Below the pieces are notes generated by a model. That model was not told where the DNA came from and searched no databases. It saw only the letters and a program-made list of their open reading frames with translations. Shown here piece by piece: positions 37,044 through 47,008 of a stretch of DNA of 64,000 bases (position 1 is its first letter; the number at the start of each line of letters is the position of its first letter). The DNA is from an uncultured Phycisphaeraceae bacterium (GTDB lineage Bacteria > Planctomycetota > Phycisphaerae > Phycisphaerales > UBA1924): assembly GCA_964588385.1 (NCBI GenBank), contig CAZPPG010000016.1, forward strand, positions 1,060 to 65,059. Direction: 5' to 3'. The position numbers and the translations under genes are program-made.

Positions 37044-38813
37044 TCAGAGCCCCTGCGGAAAGTACATGATCGTGATCTCGGGGTCGGAATAGAAGAGGTC
37101 GTTGAGGTCGTTCAGGGTGTTGTGAAGCAGGCGGAGCTTGTAGGAGCGCGTTCCTCCGCCAGTAGCGAAAGAGTGCTCGAGTGTGACGTCTCCGGCCCAG
37201 CCCATTCCGCTTGCGGAGGGCTGCCCGTCTCCGATGGAGATCGTGGAGTCCTTGACCGTGACCTCGCTGCCAGTGGTCTCCTTCAGTTCCAGCGTCGCGG
37301 CGGTGTTTTTGAAGTCGTAGGCACGCAGATTGACATAGCACCGCGCCGTGATCCGCAGGTATCCGGAGGCGGGCACGTTTACAGCGATGTTCTCGATCAG
37401 CGTCACGGAGTTGTTGTGGAAACTGCCCGACGCGGTCGATGAAGCAAACTTGATCGCCGGCATGTTGTTGGCCGCGATGTTCCCCTGGAAGCTCGCGTTG
37501 CCGCTCCCATCGTCGATGGTGTTACGCCAGGTCGGCGACCCGCTCGTGTTCGTCAGCGTTCCGACTCGTCCGGTGTTCTGCACACCGAACATCGAGCGCG
37601 TGCCGGCCGCCGGCACCGCACCCCAAGCGCTCGCCGTCGGGTTGTACATACCGAGCTGGAGCGTGGAGAACGTGTTCTGCACAAAGCCGCCGCCCGGGTC
37701 GTTCGAGTTCCGCACGCGCACGGCGGCATCCGCCGCAGAGACTTCCAATCGAGATCCCGGCGTCGTCGTGCCGATGCCCACGTTGCCCGTCGAGCGGCTG
37801 ATCGCAAGCCGGTCTCCGCCGTTCTCAACCCGCCACTGGCCCCCCGGCTCCACGTATGTCCATGCGGAGACCCCATTGACGCTGTACCCATAGAACGGCC
37901 GTCCGCCGCTCGAATCGGTGTTGCTGATGTACATTCCGCCGTAGCCGGTTCCGCCGGCCGCGTTCTGAAGGCCGAATACCTCATTGGGTGTGATGGGCGT
38001 GCCGCGATTCACGCCGGTAAAGGCGCTGAAAACATTGGTGCCCGTAAACGTGTTGGCCGACCCCACGCGCGGAACCGAAGACGGGATCCGCGCGTCGGCC
38101 AGAACCCCTGAAACGATCGCGCCCGCATCGTGATTGTGGGCCGCCGCGGCGAACGCGCCGCTGTCGAGCCCGTCGAACAGATCAGCGTTGAGCCCGGTGA
38201 CCTTGGTCGTGCTGCTGACCGCGAACGGGGCCCCTGCCGATGCGAAGACCGGCGAGGCATTGAAGGTCTTCACGCCGCTGAACGCCTGCGCCCCTGACAG
38301 GAGCGACACGTTCGTGCTCAATCGCGCATCGGCCAGCGTGCCCGTCAGGTTCGTCGCGTTCGTGTAGAACGACGGCAACTGGCCGTTCAGCGTCACCGCG
38401 TTCTGTGCGCTTCCCGCGGCCAGCGCATACGAGGCGTAGGGAGTCGACGTGATCTTCTGGCGTGGCGACAGAACCGTGAAGCCCGTCCCGCTCGCGCATG
38501 TCAACCCCGTGTCCGCGCGGACATCAATTTCCATGTAACGGCTCGTCCCGCCAAACACGCCGCCGAAGTCCAGCTCCACCGAGAACTTGCCATCCGCGAC
38601 CGCGACATTGTCTACGCACACCAGCGGCCCAACCTGAGCGCCCCCCGCGAGGGCGTCGTACAGCCGGAAGCGAAGGTCATAGATGCCATCGGCCACCACA
38701 CCGCCGTCCCGCAACTCACCCTGATAGGTGAACGCGTTGCTGACCGGCTGAGCCAGCGAGGGCCCGGAAAGCGACACACCCAGAAGCACCCAGAGCGAAC
38801 AACGCAACAGCAT
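37044..38813 (-). CDS. secreted tail-fibre-like repeat protein
   Basis: ATG 38813 is preceded by GGAGA. Signal MLLRCSLWVLLGVSLSGPSLAQP. The N-terminus reads FTYQGELRDGGVVADGIYDLRFRLYDA...LSPRQKITSTPYA. Later come LFDGLDSGAFAAAAHNHD and GNVGIGTTTPGSRLEV, motifs I associate with phage tail-fibre-like proteins. Confidence 0.75.
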   Translation of the reverse strand: MLLRCSLWVLLGVSLSGPSLAQPVSNAFTYQGELRDGGVVADGIYDLRFRLYDALAGGAQVGPLVCVDNVAVADGKFSVELDFGGVFGGTSRYMEIDVRADTGLTCASGTGFTVLSPRQKITSTPYASYALAAGSAQNAVTLNGQLPSFYTNATNLTGTLADARLSTNVSLLSGAQAFSGVKTFNASPVFASAGAPFAVSSTTKVTGLNADLFDGLDSGAFAAAAHNHDAGAIVSGVLADARIPSSVPRVGSANTFTGTNVFSAFTGVNRGTPITPNEVFGLQNAAGGTGYGGMYISNTDSSGGRPFYGYSVNGVSAWTYVEPGGQWRVENGGDRLAISRSTGNVGIGTTTPGSRLEVSAADAAVRVRNSNDPGGGFVQNTFSTLQLGMYNPTASAWGAVPAAGTRSMFGVQNTGRVGTLTNTSGSPTWRNTIDDGSGNASFQGNIAANNMPAIKFASSTASGSFHNNSVTLIENIAVNVPASGYLRITARCYVNLRAYDFKNTAATLELKETTGSEVTVKDSTISIGDGQPSASGMGWAGDVTLEHSFATGGGTRSYKLRLLHNTLNDLNDLFYSDPEITIMYFPQGL

Positions 38814-39008
38814 GCCTGATCTCCAGTGCAAGCGAACGTGCACGAACCCATGAATCCAGAGATCACCAGTCTATTTCGCGAGCGTTCGAGACACAACAAG
38901 GCGTGACCGCCCCGGCCGGCCTCCCGCGTGGAAAGGCCGAAAGTGGCACCGATAACACATGCTCGACCCCGCTTGAACCGCACCCGCGAAAGACGGATGG
39001 CAGCCCCC

Positions 39009-39566
39009 TCACGGCTGGGCGGCGATACCGTCGTTCCACGGCGCCCAGGCCAGCCGCGTCGCGTCACGCTCTCTGGACATCACACCTGCCGCGATCTTCC
39101 ATTCCACCCCCAACTCGCTCATCATCTCGCCCACGCGATCCGTCGCCCACGCCTTGTACTCGGCCTTCTGCTTCTTCCCGAACCCCAGGGCGATCACCAA
39201 CTCCGACGTCTCGTCCGGCAGCGGCTGCACCACCAGCGACACCCACTCCTCGACCCCATCATCCCGGGTCCATTTGGCGTCGAACGCCCGCTCCGGCTGG
39301 CTCTCAACGAGGATCCGGATGTTCGGGTGCGAACGCTTCAGCAGCCCAACCAGCTCGTTGTAAAGCTCACGCGGCTCTTTTTCGGCCTTCACGGTCAACT
39401 TGTACCCATAAGGGGTCAGCATCCGCACCACGACCACCGTCGTGACCACCGCCGCCGTCGCGACGCACCCCGACAGCCCCACGGACACGCCGAGCGCGGC
39501 GATCCCCAGCACGCACGTTGCGCCGATGCGTCCCGACCGCCTCACTTGTTCACCGCGCCGTTCCAC
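39009..39566 (-). CDS. lipoprotein, DUF3568-like
   Basis: Lipobox GLSGC. The body (YKLTVKAEKEPRELYNELVGLLKR...SELVIALGFGKK...) resembles DUF3568 lipoproteins. The start is uncertain and would overlap the upstream gene by 25 nt. Confidence 0.55.
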   Translation of the reverse strand: MERRGEQVRRSGRIGATCVLGIAALGVSVGLSGCVATAAVVTTVVVVRMLTPYGYKLTVKAEKEPRELYNELVGLLKRSHPNIRILVESQPERAFDAKWTRDDGVEEWVSLVVQPLPDETSELVIALGFGKKQKAEYKAWATDRVGEMMSELGVEWKIAAGVMSRERDATRLAWAPWNDGIAAQP

Positions 39567-39814
39567 TCCTCACGCGTGATCTTCTGCACCGCGGAGTTCT
39601 GCAGCGTCACCTTCGCCTTTGTCCGTGCGTCCGTGAACATGATCGTCCCGCCGCGCTTGGACTTGTAGCTCTGCGTGTAATAAGTGTTGTCGGTGTTCGC
39701 CGTGTCTCGTACGCGGTAGTAGTTCTTTCCGCAACCCGTCGCGGCCAGCGCGATCGCGCACGCCGCCGCGGTGATGATGATCCGGCCCGGCTTCCTGCTC
39801 TGACGTGGCCTCAT
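39542..39814 (-). CDS. small lipoprotein (YgdI/YgdR, DUF903-like)
   Basis: ATG 39814 is preceded by GAGGAG. MRPRQSRKPGRIIITAAACAIALAATGC lipobox. About 60-aa mature part. Confidence 0.65.
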   Translation of the reverse strand: MRPRQSRKPGRIIITAAACAIALAATGCGKNYYRVRDTANTDNTYYTQSYKSKRGGTIMFTDARTKAKVTLQNSAVQKITREEWNGAVNK

Positions 39815-39972
39815 GTGTGGACTCCTCGATAGGGACTGCCCCGCAACTGTACACGTGCGGTCCGGCCCTTCCCACGCTGCGCTTGGCGCCCATCCCACGT
39901 TCCCGACATGGACGAGCCTCCCCGACGGCGGCTCGGCAACAGCCCCCGCGCCGCCCAACATAGACTCCTTCC

Positions 39973-41607
39973 ATGTGGCGCGGCATCTCTTTGGCCAACA
40001 AGTGTCTGCTCATGTTCGGCGGGGCTATCGTGCTTATCGTCGTCATGGCTTTGGCGGTGCCCTTCTTCCGCATGCACGCGCTCGTCAGGCAGGGCGAGCT
40101 GGATATCTCGCGACTGACGGTGGACGCGTACGAGCGTCTGCACGTTGCGGGGCGGACGAACGCCGCGGAGCTTGCACGCCTGGGCGTGCGCCGGTTGACG
40201 CCGGAGGATGCGGATCGCCTTGGAGCGACGGATCCGTTTCTGGCCTCATCGATCCAGTGGTTTCGAGAGCACCCTGAGCATCAGGAGCGGTGGGCCTCGG
40301 CCTGGGACGGCGGCACGCGGGTCTTTCGCTTTGCGCGGGCGGAGCGCACCCCGGAGGCAGACGACGCGCCCGAGGCGATCGCCGCCGTGTACGCGCTGCA
40401 ACGCCGCTCCGACGGCGCGGCATGGCTGATCCTCATCAACAGCGTGTACCTGCTCTCGGCGGGGTGTCTGGTGCTCGGACTGGCCGTCCTCGTCTTCTAC
40501 CTGATCACGCACAAGATCATCCTCGGCCCGGTGCGTGCGCTGAAGGAGACGGCCGAGCGCGTCCGCGATGGGGACCTGTCGATCCGGTCCGACATCTCAA
40601 CGGGCGATGAGTTCGAGGAACTCGCGGAGACTTTCAACCTCATGGTCGGCGAGGTCCAGCGCTCGCAGGAGCAGCTCCGCTCGATCAACGCCGCCCTCGA
40701 CCTGAAACTCAACGAGCTGGCGGCGAGCAACACGGCCCTGTTTGAGGCCGCCCGCGTGAAGGGAGAGTTCCTCGCGAGCGTGAGCCACGAGCTGCGTACG
40801 CCACTGAACTCGATCATCGGGTTCGCGGAGCTGTTGCTGGACATCGCGCGGGCCGAGAGCGAGGCCGCGGCACGCGAGGGGAAGCCGGACGCCAAGGTCG
40901 CCAAGCGTCTGCGATACCTCGAGAACATCTATTCCAGCGGGCGAAACCTGCTGGAAATGATTAACACCCTTCTTGAGATGGCCAAGATCGAGGCCGGAAA
41001 GTCCGACCTGCGGATCGACCAGGTGGCGCTGGGCCCGACGTGCGAGGCGCTCCTGGGCCTCGTGTCTCCTCTGGCGGACAAGAAGGGAATCGCGCTGAAG
41101 CTGGATGTGGGCGCGGATGTTCCGCACATCGAGACGGATGGTCAGAAGCTGCACCAGATCATCTTCAACTTCCTGTCAAACGCCGTGAAGTTCATCGAGC
41201 CGGAATCGCGCACCGGGCGCCCGGGATTGATCGTGCTCCGCGTCGAGCGCCTCCCGGCCGTGGACACCCACGGCGACAGCGAAGCGAGGGTTGAGGATCG
41301 CGTGCGACTGAGCGTGATCGACAACGGCCCCGGCATCCCCCGCGAGGACCAGGACCGCATCTTCGATAAGTTCATCCAGCTCGACGGAAGCCACACCCGC
41401 GGCCACACCGGCACCGGGCTCGGGCTCGCGATCTGCAAGGAACTGGCAGACCTGCTGCAGGGCGAGGTGCACGTGGACAGCGAGGTGGGAAAGGGCTCCA
41501 TGTTCAGCATCATCCTGCCCCTGCGGATTGACGCGGGCAAAGCATCGGAGCAGCGACTGGAAGCTGCGCTCCGCGGAACGCTCGCTGGGCGGCGCGACTG
41601 GCAGTAG
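39973..41607 (+). CDS. sensor histidine kinase (TM-sensor-TM-HAMP-HisKA-HATPase)
   Basis: HAMP region GPVRALKETAERVRDGDLSIRSDISTGDEFEELAETFNLMV. H-box FLASVSHELRTPLNSI. Also contains DNGPGIP and GTGLGLAICKELADLL. No response regulator is adjacent. Confidence 0.9.
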   Translation: MWRGISLANKCLLMFGGAIVLIVVMALAVPFFRMHALVRQGELDISRLTVDAYERLHVAGRTNAAELARLGVRRLTPEDADRLGATDPFLASSIQWFREHPEHQERWASAWDGGTRVFRFARAERTPEADDAPEAIAAVYALQRRSDGAAWLILINSVYLLSAGCLVLGLAVLVFYLITHKIILGPVRALKETAERVRDGDLSIRSDISTGDEFEELAETFNLMVGEVQRSQEQLRSINAALDLKLNELAASNTALFEAARVKGEFLASVSHELRTPLNSIIGFAELLLDIARAESEAAAREGKPDAKVAKRLRYLENIYSSGRNLLEMINTLLEMAKIEAGKSDLRIDQVALGPTCEALLGLVSPLADKKGIALKLDVGADVPHIETDGQKLHQIIFNFLSNAVKFIEPESRTGRPGLIVLRVERLPAVDTHGDSEARVEDRVRLSVIDNGPGIPREDQDRIFDKFIQLDGSHTRGHTGTGLGLAICKELADLLQGEVHVDSEVGKGSMFSIILPLRIDAGKASEQRLEAALRGTLAGRRDWQ

Positions 41608-41610
41608 TGT

Positions 41611-42090
41611 CTATGCCGTGTCGGGCGTGATGCGGACCAGCCCTTCGTGGTGGCGGATGACAGGGCGCGAAGAGCCGCTGTCATCAATGCGCTCGACCGC
41701 CACGACGTCGACCCGAACAGGCCGATCGCGCCAGCCGTTGGCGGCGCGCAGCAGCCGGGCCATGGATGTCAGGCGCCGCGCCTTCTGGCGATTGATGGCG
41801 CGCTCGGGCCGGTAGAGACCCGCTTCGTCCGCGACCAAGCGGGCCTTCACCTCCACGATGATCATGGTTCTTCCGTCGGGCCCGCGGCAGACCAGATCCG
41901 CCTCGCCCGAGGCGGTGACCATGTTGCGGCCCACGATCGCGTAGCCCTTGGACTTCAGATGCTTCTCGGCCTCGCGCTCGCCCCATGCCCCGACCTCCGC
42001 GGCGTGCCCGGTACGCCGGGACGGTCCGCCCTTGTTCGAGCGCACAACGCCAAGGCGTTGCAGCAACGCGGTGAGCGGCGAGCGGAGCAT
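41611..42090 (-). CDS. YraN-family endonuclease (UPF0102)
   Basis: Contains GEREAEKHLKSKGYAIVGRNM...GEADLVC...IVEVKAR. The start shares one nt with the upstream stop (TGATG). Confidence 0.85.
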   Translation of the reverse strand: MLRSPLTALLQRLGVVRSNKGGPSRRTGHAAEVGAWGEREAEKHLKSKGYAIVGRNMVTASGEADLVCRGPDGRTMIIVEVKARLVADEAGLYRPERAINRQKARRLTSMARLLRAANGWRDRPVRVDVVAVERIDDSGSSRPVIRHHEGLVRITPDTA

Positions 42091-43358
42091 CAGGGCTGCT
42101 GCGGCAGGTAGCGCTGGGCCGCGATCGCCATGAGCCGGTTGGTCATGTCTTCAACGCTGGTGAAGCTGGCGCGCTCCGCGAGACGGTTGATGTAGCGTTC
42201 ACGCTCACGTCTCGATCGCTGCTGCTGGAGCGCGTTATAGATCACAAGCTGATTGTCGTCGAGGGTGCGACGCTCTTCGACGACGTTCTCCAGAAGAACC
42301 CAGTAGAGCGAGGCGCGGCCGCCCTGGCCCTCCACGCGAATTGGCCCGGTCCATGCTCCCTTGGCCAGACCGCGGGCCGCGTCGTCGAGGGGGGCCAGAT
42401 CGAAGAACGTGGCCTGGCCGAACGCGGTGCGGAACTCGCGGCGCTGCAGGCCGCCCTCCGGCAGCGGGTTGACGTCATCCTCCGCGACCTCGGCGAAGGG
42501 TGTGCCGCCGGAGAGCATCGAGGAGACCCTGGTCGTTGCCGCTTCGTCGTCGGCGTCGACGACGATCAGGCGGAAGGCGGCGAAGGAGGGCGGGTCGTAG
42601 AGGTCGGGGCGCCGTTCGTACTCGAGTTCGATATCGCGAGGGCTGATGACGACGCCCTTCTCGATCGACGCGAGCTCGCGCCGGATCAGCAGGGTTTGTT
42701 CCTGCTCACGCTTGTAGTCGTTGACGCTACGGCCGCCGAGCGCCTCCTCGGCAAGGGAGCGGCTGCCGCGATTCTCGCTCACGAGGTCGTTCTGCAGCTT
42801 CTCAACGAAGTACCGAAGCCCTTGGCGTTGCTCCTCCGTGAGCTTCGAGCGGGCCTCGGCTTCCAGCAGTTCGTCGACGACGAAGCCCTGCAGGGCCTGA
42901 TTGATCTGCTCGCGGGCGAACGCGACCCACTCGCGCGGCGGGAGCGACTTGGCTTCAGCGGCGAGTCGCGGCCCGAGGGGCGGAGCGGTGGGCGTGCCCC
43001 GGTCGAAGAATGAGGACGCGAAGACGGGACGTCCGTTGACGTCGCCGATCTTGGCGTCAATGAACTCCGGGTCGCCGACGATGTCCGCCTCGGGCAGCAT
43101 GACCGGTTCGTCGGGAGTCGCGACGATGTCGAGGCCCTGGCTTGCGGAGACGGGGCCGGTGACGGTGGCGCGGGCAAGCAGCGGATCGGGCACGGTCGGC
43201 TCGGTCGGAACGGGGACGCCGGGGCGGGCAAACTCCGCAGGCGTGATGACTTTGCGAGCGGAGACGGATGCGTCCTTGGATTGGCGATTGCACCCGGGCG
43301 CGGCCGCGAGGCCGCAAAGGAGAATCGCGCCGATCGCCATCGTCCGTGATCGTGTCAT
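42090..43358 (-). CDS. SurA/PrsA-like peptidyl-prolyl isomerase chaperone lipoprotein
   Basis: ATG 43358. Lipobox AAAPGC. SurA-N-like helical region, then a parvulin-like segment (FRLIVVDADDEAA...GGTPFAEVAEDD). The upstream part of the 551-aa track ORF is rejected. Confidence 0.65.
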   Translation of the reverse strand: MTRSRTMAIGAILLCGLAAAPGCNRQSKDASVSARKVITPAEFARPGVPVPTEPTVPDPLLARATVTGPVSASQGLDIVATPDEPVMLPEADIVGDPEFIDAKIGDVNGRPVFASSFFDRGTPTAPPLGPRLAAEAKSLPPREWVAFAREQINQALQGFVVDELLEAEARSKLTEEQRQGLRYFVEKLQNDLVSENRGSRSLAEEALGGRSVNDYKREQEQTLLIRRELASIEKGVVISPRDIELEYERRPDLYDPPSFAAFRLIVVDADDEAATTRVSSMLSGGTPFAEVAEDDVNPLPEGGLQRREFRTAFGQATFFDLAPLDDAARGLAKGAWTGPIRVEGQGGRASLYWVLLENVVEERRTLDDNQLVIYNALQQQRSRRERERYINRLAERASFTSVEDMTNRLMAIAAQRYLPQQP

Positions 43359-43434
43359 CCACCGACTCCCTTGCTCGGGCGTCCCAGAGCGGGCCGCCGT
43401 CGCGCTAGACTTGCCCGACCGACAGGAGCACCCC

Positions 43435-43950
43435 ATGGCGGACGAGCAGCCCAAGATTATCGTGGATAGCGACTGGAAGGCGCAAGCCCAGGCCGAGAAG
43501 GAGCGCTTGGCGGCCAAAGAGGCGTCGGCCAAGCCCCAGCCCGCGGGAGCAGGGGCTCCCGGCGCTGAGGGACCAGAGGGCGAGCCAACGCTTTTCGAGG
43601 AACTGATGCGGATGCTGGCCACGCAGGCCCTCTTGTACATGGGGGCGTTTCCCGACCCCTCGACAGGGCAGGCTGTTCTCTCCCCTGAAATGGCGAAGCT
43701 GCACATCGACATGCTCGGTGAGCTTGAGGCCAAGACGAAGGGCAACCTGAGCGATCAGGAGTCCAAGACGCTGGCGTCGTACCTGTACGAGCTGCGGATG
43801 CAGTATGTCGAGGTCAGTCGCGAGATTGCGCGTCTCATCAAGGAAGGCAAGATTCGTCCGAATGGAGCGGGCGGGATGGGGCCGGCGGTCGGCCCGGGAG
43901 GGGGGATGTCGGGACCCGGTATTGTCTCGCCGGGTCAGCCCACGATGTGA
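43435..43950 (+). CDS. DUF1844 domain protein
   Basis: ATG 43435 with AGGAG upstream. Contains FEELMRMLATQALLYMGAFPDPSTGQAV...AKLHIDMLGELEAKTKGNLSDQE...LYELRMQY. Confidence 0.8.
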   Translation: MADEQPKIIVDSDWKAQAQAEKERLAAKEASAKPQPAGAGAPGAEGPEGEPTLFEELMRMLATQALLYMGAFPDPSTGQAVLSPEMAKLHIDMLGELEAKTKGNLSDQESKTLASYLYELRMQYVEVSREIARLIKEGKIRPNGAGGMGPAVGPGGGMSGPGIVSPGQPTM

Positions 43951-44096
43951 TTCGCGGGGACGGTAAGTGTCATTGCCGGCAATCGTTGCTGTCAAACAAG
44001 AATCTGTCCCGCCACAAGCTACGATGACAAATCTGTTCCGGCTGGACCCCTCCCCACGCGCCGGCCGTCCGGACGTGACCGCACGGAGCCCATCAC

Positions 44097-44930
44097 GTGG
44101 CGTCCAACTCATTGCTTGAACGGCATCACTTCCTGTTGCGTCGGCTGCACTCCTTGACTGGGGTCGCGCCGATCGGCATTTTCCTGCTTGTCCACCTGAC
44201 GACGAACTCCTCGATCGTCTGGGGGTTGCTGGATGCGCGCAAGGCCGAATACGGTCACGCGGGTGTCGCGACATTCCAGCACGAGGTCGACTTCATCCAC
44301 GCGATCCCGTTTCTCCTGCTGGTTGAGGTGTTCGGGCTGTGGCTCCCGATCGCGTTCCACTCCATTCTCGGGATTTATTACGCGCGCACGGGCAGGTCGA
44401 ACACCGCGGCCTACGCGTACCAGGCCAACTGGCGGTACAAGCTGCAGCGTCTGAGCGGGTATGTGGGCGTGCTGTTCATCTTCTATCACGTCGCGACGCT
44501 GCGGTGGGGGTGGACGTTCCTGGTGCCGGGTGGGGCCCGCTGGAGCGCAGAGGCGGCGGCCTCAACCCTTGCGCTCGCGCTCAAGGGTTCGGAGACGGGA
44601 TTCACAACGGCGGGGCTGATCGTGTCGCTCGCCTACATGCTGGGGGCGTCGCTGCTGGTGTTCCACTTCGCGAACGGGCTGTGGACGGCGGCGATCACGT
44701 GGGGTGTGACCGTTTCGGCGGCGGCACAGCGACGCTGGGGCTATGTGTGTGCGGGGCTGGGCGCGGCGATGATGGTCATGGCCTGGTCGGCGGTGATCGG
44801 CTTTGCAACGCTGGATGTAAAGGAGGCGCGGGGGACGGAGCAGAGCATGCAGTCCGGGCACGCGCCAGCGCCGCAGGTTGCAGAGGCATTCCCGGGTTCC
44901 ATCACGACCCCGACGGACGGGGGGCACTGA
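44097..44930 (+). CDS. sdhC: succinate dehydrogenase cytochrome b558 subunit
   Basis: GTG start. Contains HFLLRRLHSLTGVAPIGIFLLVHLTTNS. Five TM helices. First gene of the sdhCAB order. Confidence 0.85.
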   Translation: MASNSLLERHHFLLRRLHSLTGVAPIGIFLLVHLTTNSSIVWGLLDARKAEYGHAGVATFQHEVDFIHAIPFLLLVEVFGLWLPIAFHSILGIYYARTGRSNTAAYAYQANWRYKLQRLSGYVGVLFIFYHVATLRWGWTFLVPGGARWSAEAAASTLALALKGSETGFTTAGLIVSLAYMLGASLLVFHFANGLWTAAITWGVTVSAAAQRRWGYVCAGLGAAMMVMAWSAVIGFATLDVKEARGTEQSMQSGHAPAPQVAEAFPGSITTPTDGGH

Positions 44931-44933
44931 ATC

Positions 44934-46919
44934 ATGTCACAGCATCGCGTCATTGTCGTCGGCGGCGGTCTTGCTGGTCTTGCGGCGAGTGTGCGTGTCG
45001 CGGAAGCGGGGCTTGCGGTCGATCTGTTCTCATTGGTCCCCGTGAAGCGTTCGCACAGCGTGTGCGCGCAGGGCGGGATCAACGCGTGCAACGAGGTGGC
45101 CCGTCAGCAGGGCTATTCCGAGTACGAGCACTTCGACGAGACGATCTACGGAGGAGACTTCCTGGCCGATCAGCACCCGGTGCTGGAGATGGCCAACTGG
45201 GCTCCGAAAGTCATCGACCTTCTGGACCGCATGGGCGTGCCGTTCAATCGCACGGCGGAGGGGCGCCGGGATCTGCGGCTGTTCGGCGGCTCGCTCTTTA
45301 AACGGACGCACTTTGCCGGCGCGACGACCGGCCAGCAGCTGATCTATGCGCTGGACGAGCAGACGCGCCGGTACGAGGCCGAGGGCAAGGTCACCAAGTA
45401 CGAATACTGGGAGTTCCTGTGGCCGGTGATTGAAGATGGGCGGTGCGTTGGAATCGTGGCACAGGACATGCGGACCATGCAGGTTCGTGCGTTCAGGGCC
45501 GACGCGGTCATCATGGCAACGGGCGGGTGCGGGCTGGTGTTCGGCAAGAGCACGAACTCGATCATCTGCAACGGTGCGGCGGCGGCACGCTGCTATCAGG
45601 CGGGCGTCTGGTACGGCAATCCCGAGATGATCCAGGTCCACCCGACGGCGATTCCGGGTGCGGACAAGCTGCGGCTGATGTCGGAGTCGGCACGCGGCGA
45701 GGGCGGGCGGGTGTGGGTGCCTCGGAAGAAGGGGGACGCGCGTGCGCCCAAGGACATTCCCGAGTCGGAGCGGTTCTACTTTCTTGAGGAGAAGTATCCG
45801 GCGTACGGGAACATCGTGCCGCGTGATATCGCGACGCGCGAGATCTTTGACATCTGCGTCAACCAGGGAATGGGCGTCTCCGGTGAGAATCAGGTCTATC
45901 TGGACCTGTCGCACAAGGATCCCGAGTATCTGACGAAGAAGCTCGGCGGGATCCTGGAGATCTATGAGAAGTTTGTTGGCGTCGATCCGCGGTTCGAGCC
46001 CATGAAGATCTTTCCCGCGGTGCACTACAGCATGGGTGGGCTGTGGACGCAGTTCACGAAGGGAAGCTACAACCCGGCTGAGCCGCGGACGAAGCACAAG
46101 TCCGGCTCGCCCGCGCCGATCGGGTCGGAGATCGGCCAGGGGATGCAGCTTGGCGCGCTGAACAACATGATGACGAACGTGCAGGGGCTGTACGCGTTCG
46201 GCGAGGTAAACTTCGCGTATCACGGGGCGAATCGCCTGGGCGCCAACGCGCTGCTTTCCTGCATCTTTGACGGGCTGTTCTGCGGCGTGTCTGTTGTGAA
46301 CTATGTGCGGAACGATGCGCCGTCGAAGAGCCCGGCGAGCGATTTGCCGGCATTGGCCTTTGAGCGCGTGGTGGAGCAGGAGAACCTGAAGGGCAAGCGA
46401 CTGCTCGACACCGTCAGCAAGGGGAGCACGGACGCCGCGACAAACCCCTACATGATCGGCAAGGAGCTGGGAGACGAGATGACGGCCGCATGCACGGTGG
46501 TGCGGACGGAGCAGCGCCTGGAGCAGTGCCTGCGGAAGCTGGGCGAACTGAAGGAACGCTACGCGAGGCTGAAGCTGGCGGACGATTCGCCATGGAGCAA
46601 TCAGTCGTTCACGTACGCGCGAGCGGTGGGCGACATGCTGGCGATCGCGGACGCGGTCGCGCTGGGAGCCAAGGGACGGAAGGAGTCGCGCGGCGCACAC
46701 TATCGCACGGACTTCACGGAGCGCGACGACGCGAACTTCATGCGGACGAGCGTTGCAAGGTTCGACGCGGGCGCGAGGACGACGAGCGTTTCGTTCGAGC
46801 CGATTGATGCCTCGCTGATCCTGCCGACGGCGCGGACGTATGGAAAGAAGGATGATTCCAAGAAGCCGACCGATCCCGGGCTCAAGCGGGAACCGGAGAG
46901 AGTGCCCGCCTCGACCTGA
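44934..46919 (+). CDS. sdhA: succinate dehydrogenase flavoprotein subunit
   Basis: Contains VIVVGGGLAGLAA, RSHSVCAQGGINA, HPTAIPG and ESRGAHYR. Confidence 0.95.
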   Translation: MSQHRVIVVGGGLAGLAASVRVAEAGLAVDLFSLVPVKRSHSVCAQGGINACNEVARQQGYSEYEHFDETIYGGDFLADQHPVLEMANWAPKVIDLLDRMGVPFNRTAEGRRDLRLFGGSLFKRTHFAGATTGQQLIYALDEQTRRYEAEGKVTKYEYWEFLWPVIEDGRCVGIVAQDMRTMQVRAFRADAVIMATGGCGLVFGKSTNSIICNGAAAARCYQAGVWYGNPEMIQVHPTAIPGADKLRLMSESARGEGGRVWVPRKKGDARAPKDIPESERFYFLEEKYPAYGNIVPRDIATREIFDICVNQGMGVSGENQVYLDLSHKDPEYLTKKLGGILEIYEKFVGVDPRFEPMKIFPAVHYSMGGLWTQFTKGSYNPAEPRTKHKSGSPAPIGSEIGQGMQLGALNNMMTNVQGLYAFGEVNFAYHGANRLGANALLSCIFDGLFCGVSVVNYVRNDAPSKSPASDLPALAFERVVEQENLKGKRLLDTVSKGSTDAATNPYMIGKELGDEMTAACTVVRTEQRLEQCLRKLGELKERYARLKLADDSPWSNQSFTYARAVGDMLAIADAVALGAKGRKESRGAHYRTDFTERDDANFMRTSVARFDAGARTTSVSFEPIDASLILPTARTYGKKDDSKKPTDPGLKREPERVPAST

Positions 46920-47008
46920 TCTCGGAACCATTCACCCGCGACGCAAAGGATCCCACGGGTCGGGCACACCTCAAACTCACCGCCTGCGTTCTGAAAGAGA
47001 TTCGCATC

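Noticed and set aside
42901-43434. N-terminal 178-aa extension of the DUF1844 ORF in the track, and similar long extensions of the ORFs at 14890, 20547, 21533, 32103 and 51536.
   Set aside because: The extensions overlap the neighbouring conserved genes. Internal ATGs give family-typical N-termini, and two of them (43435 and 56372) have AGGAG just upstream.
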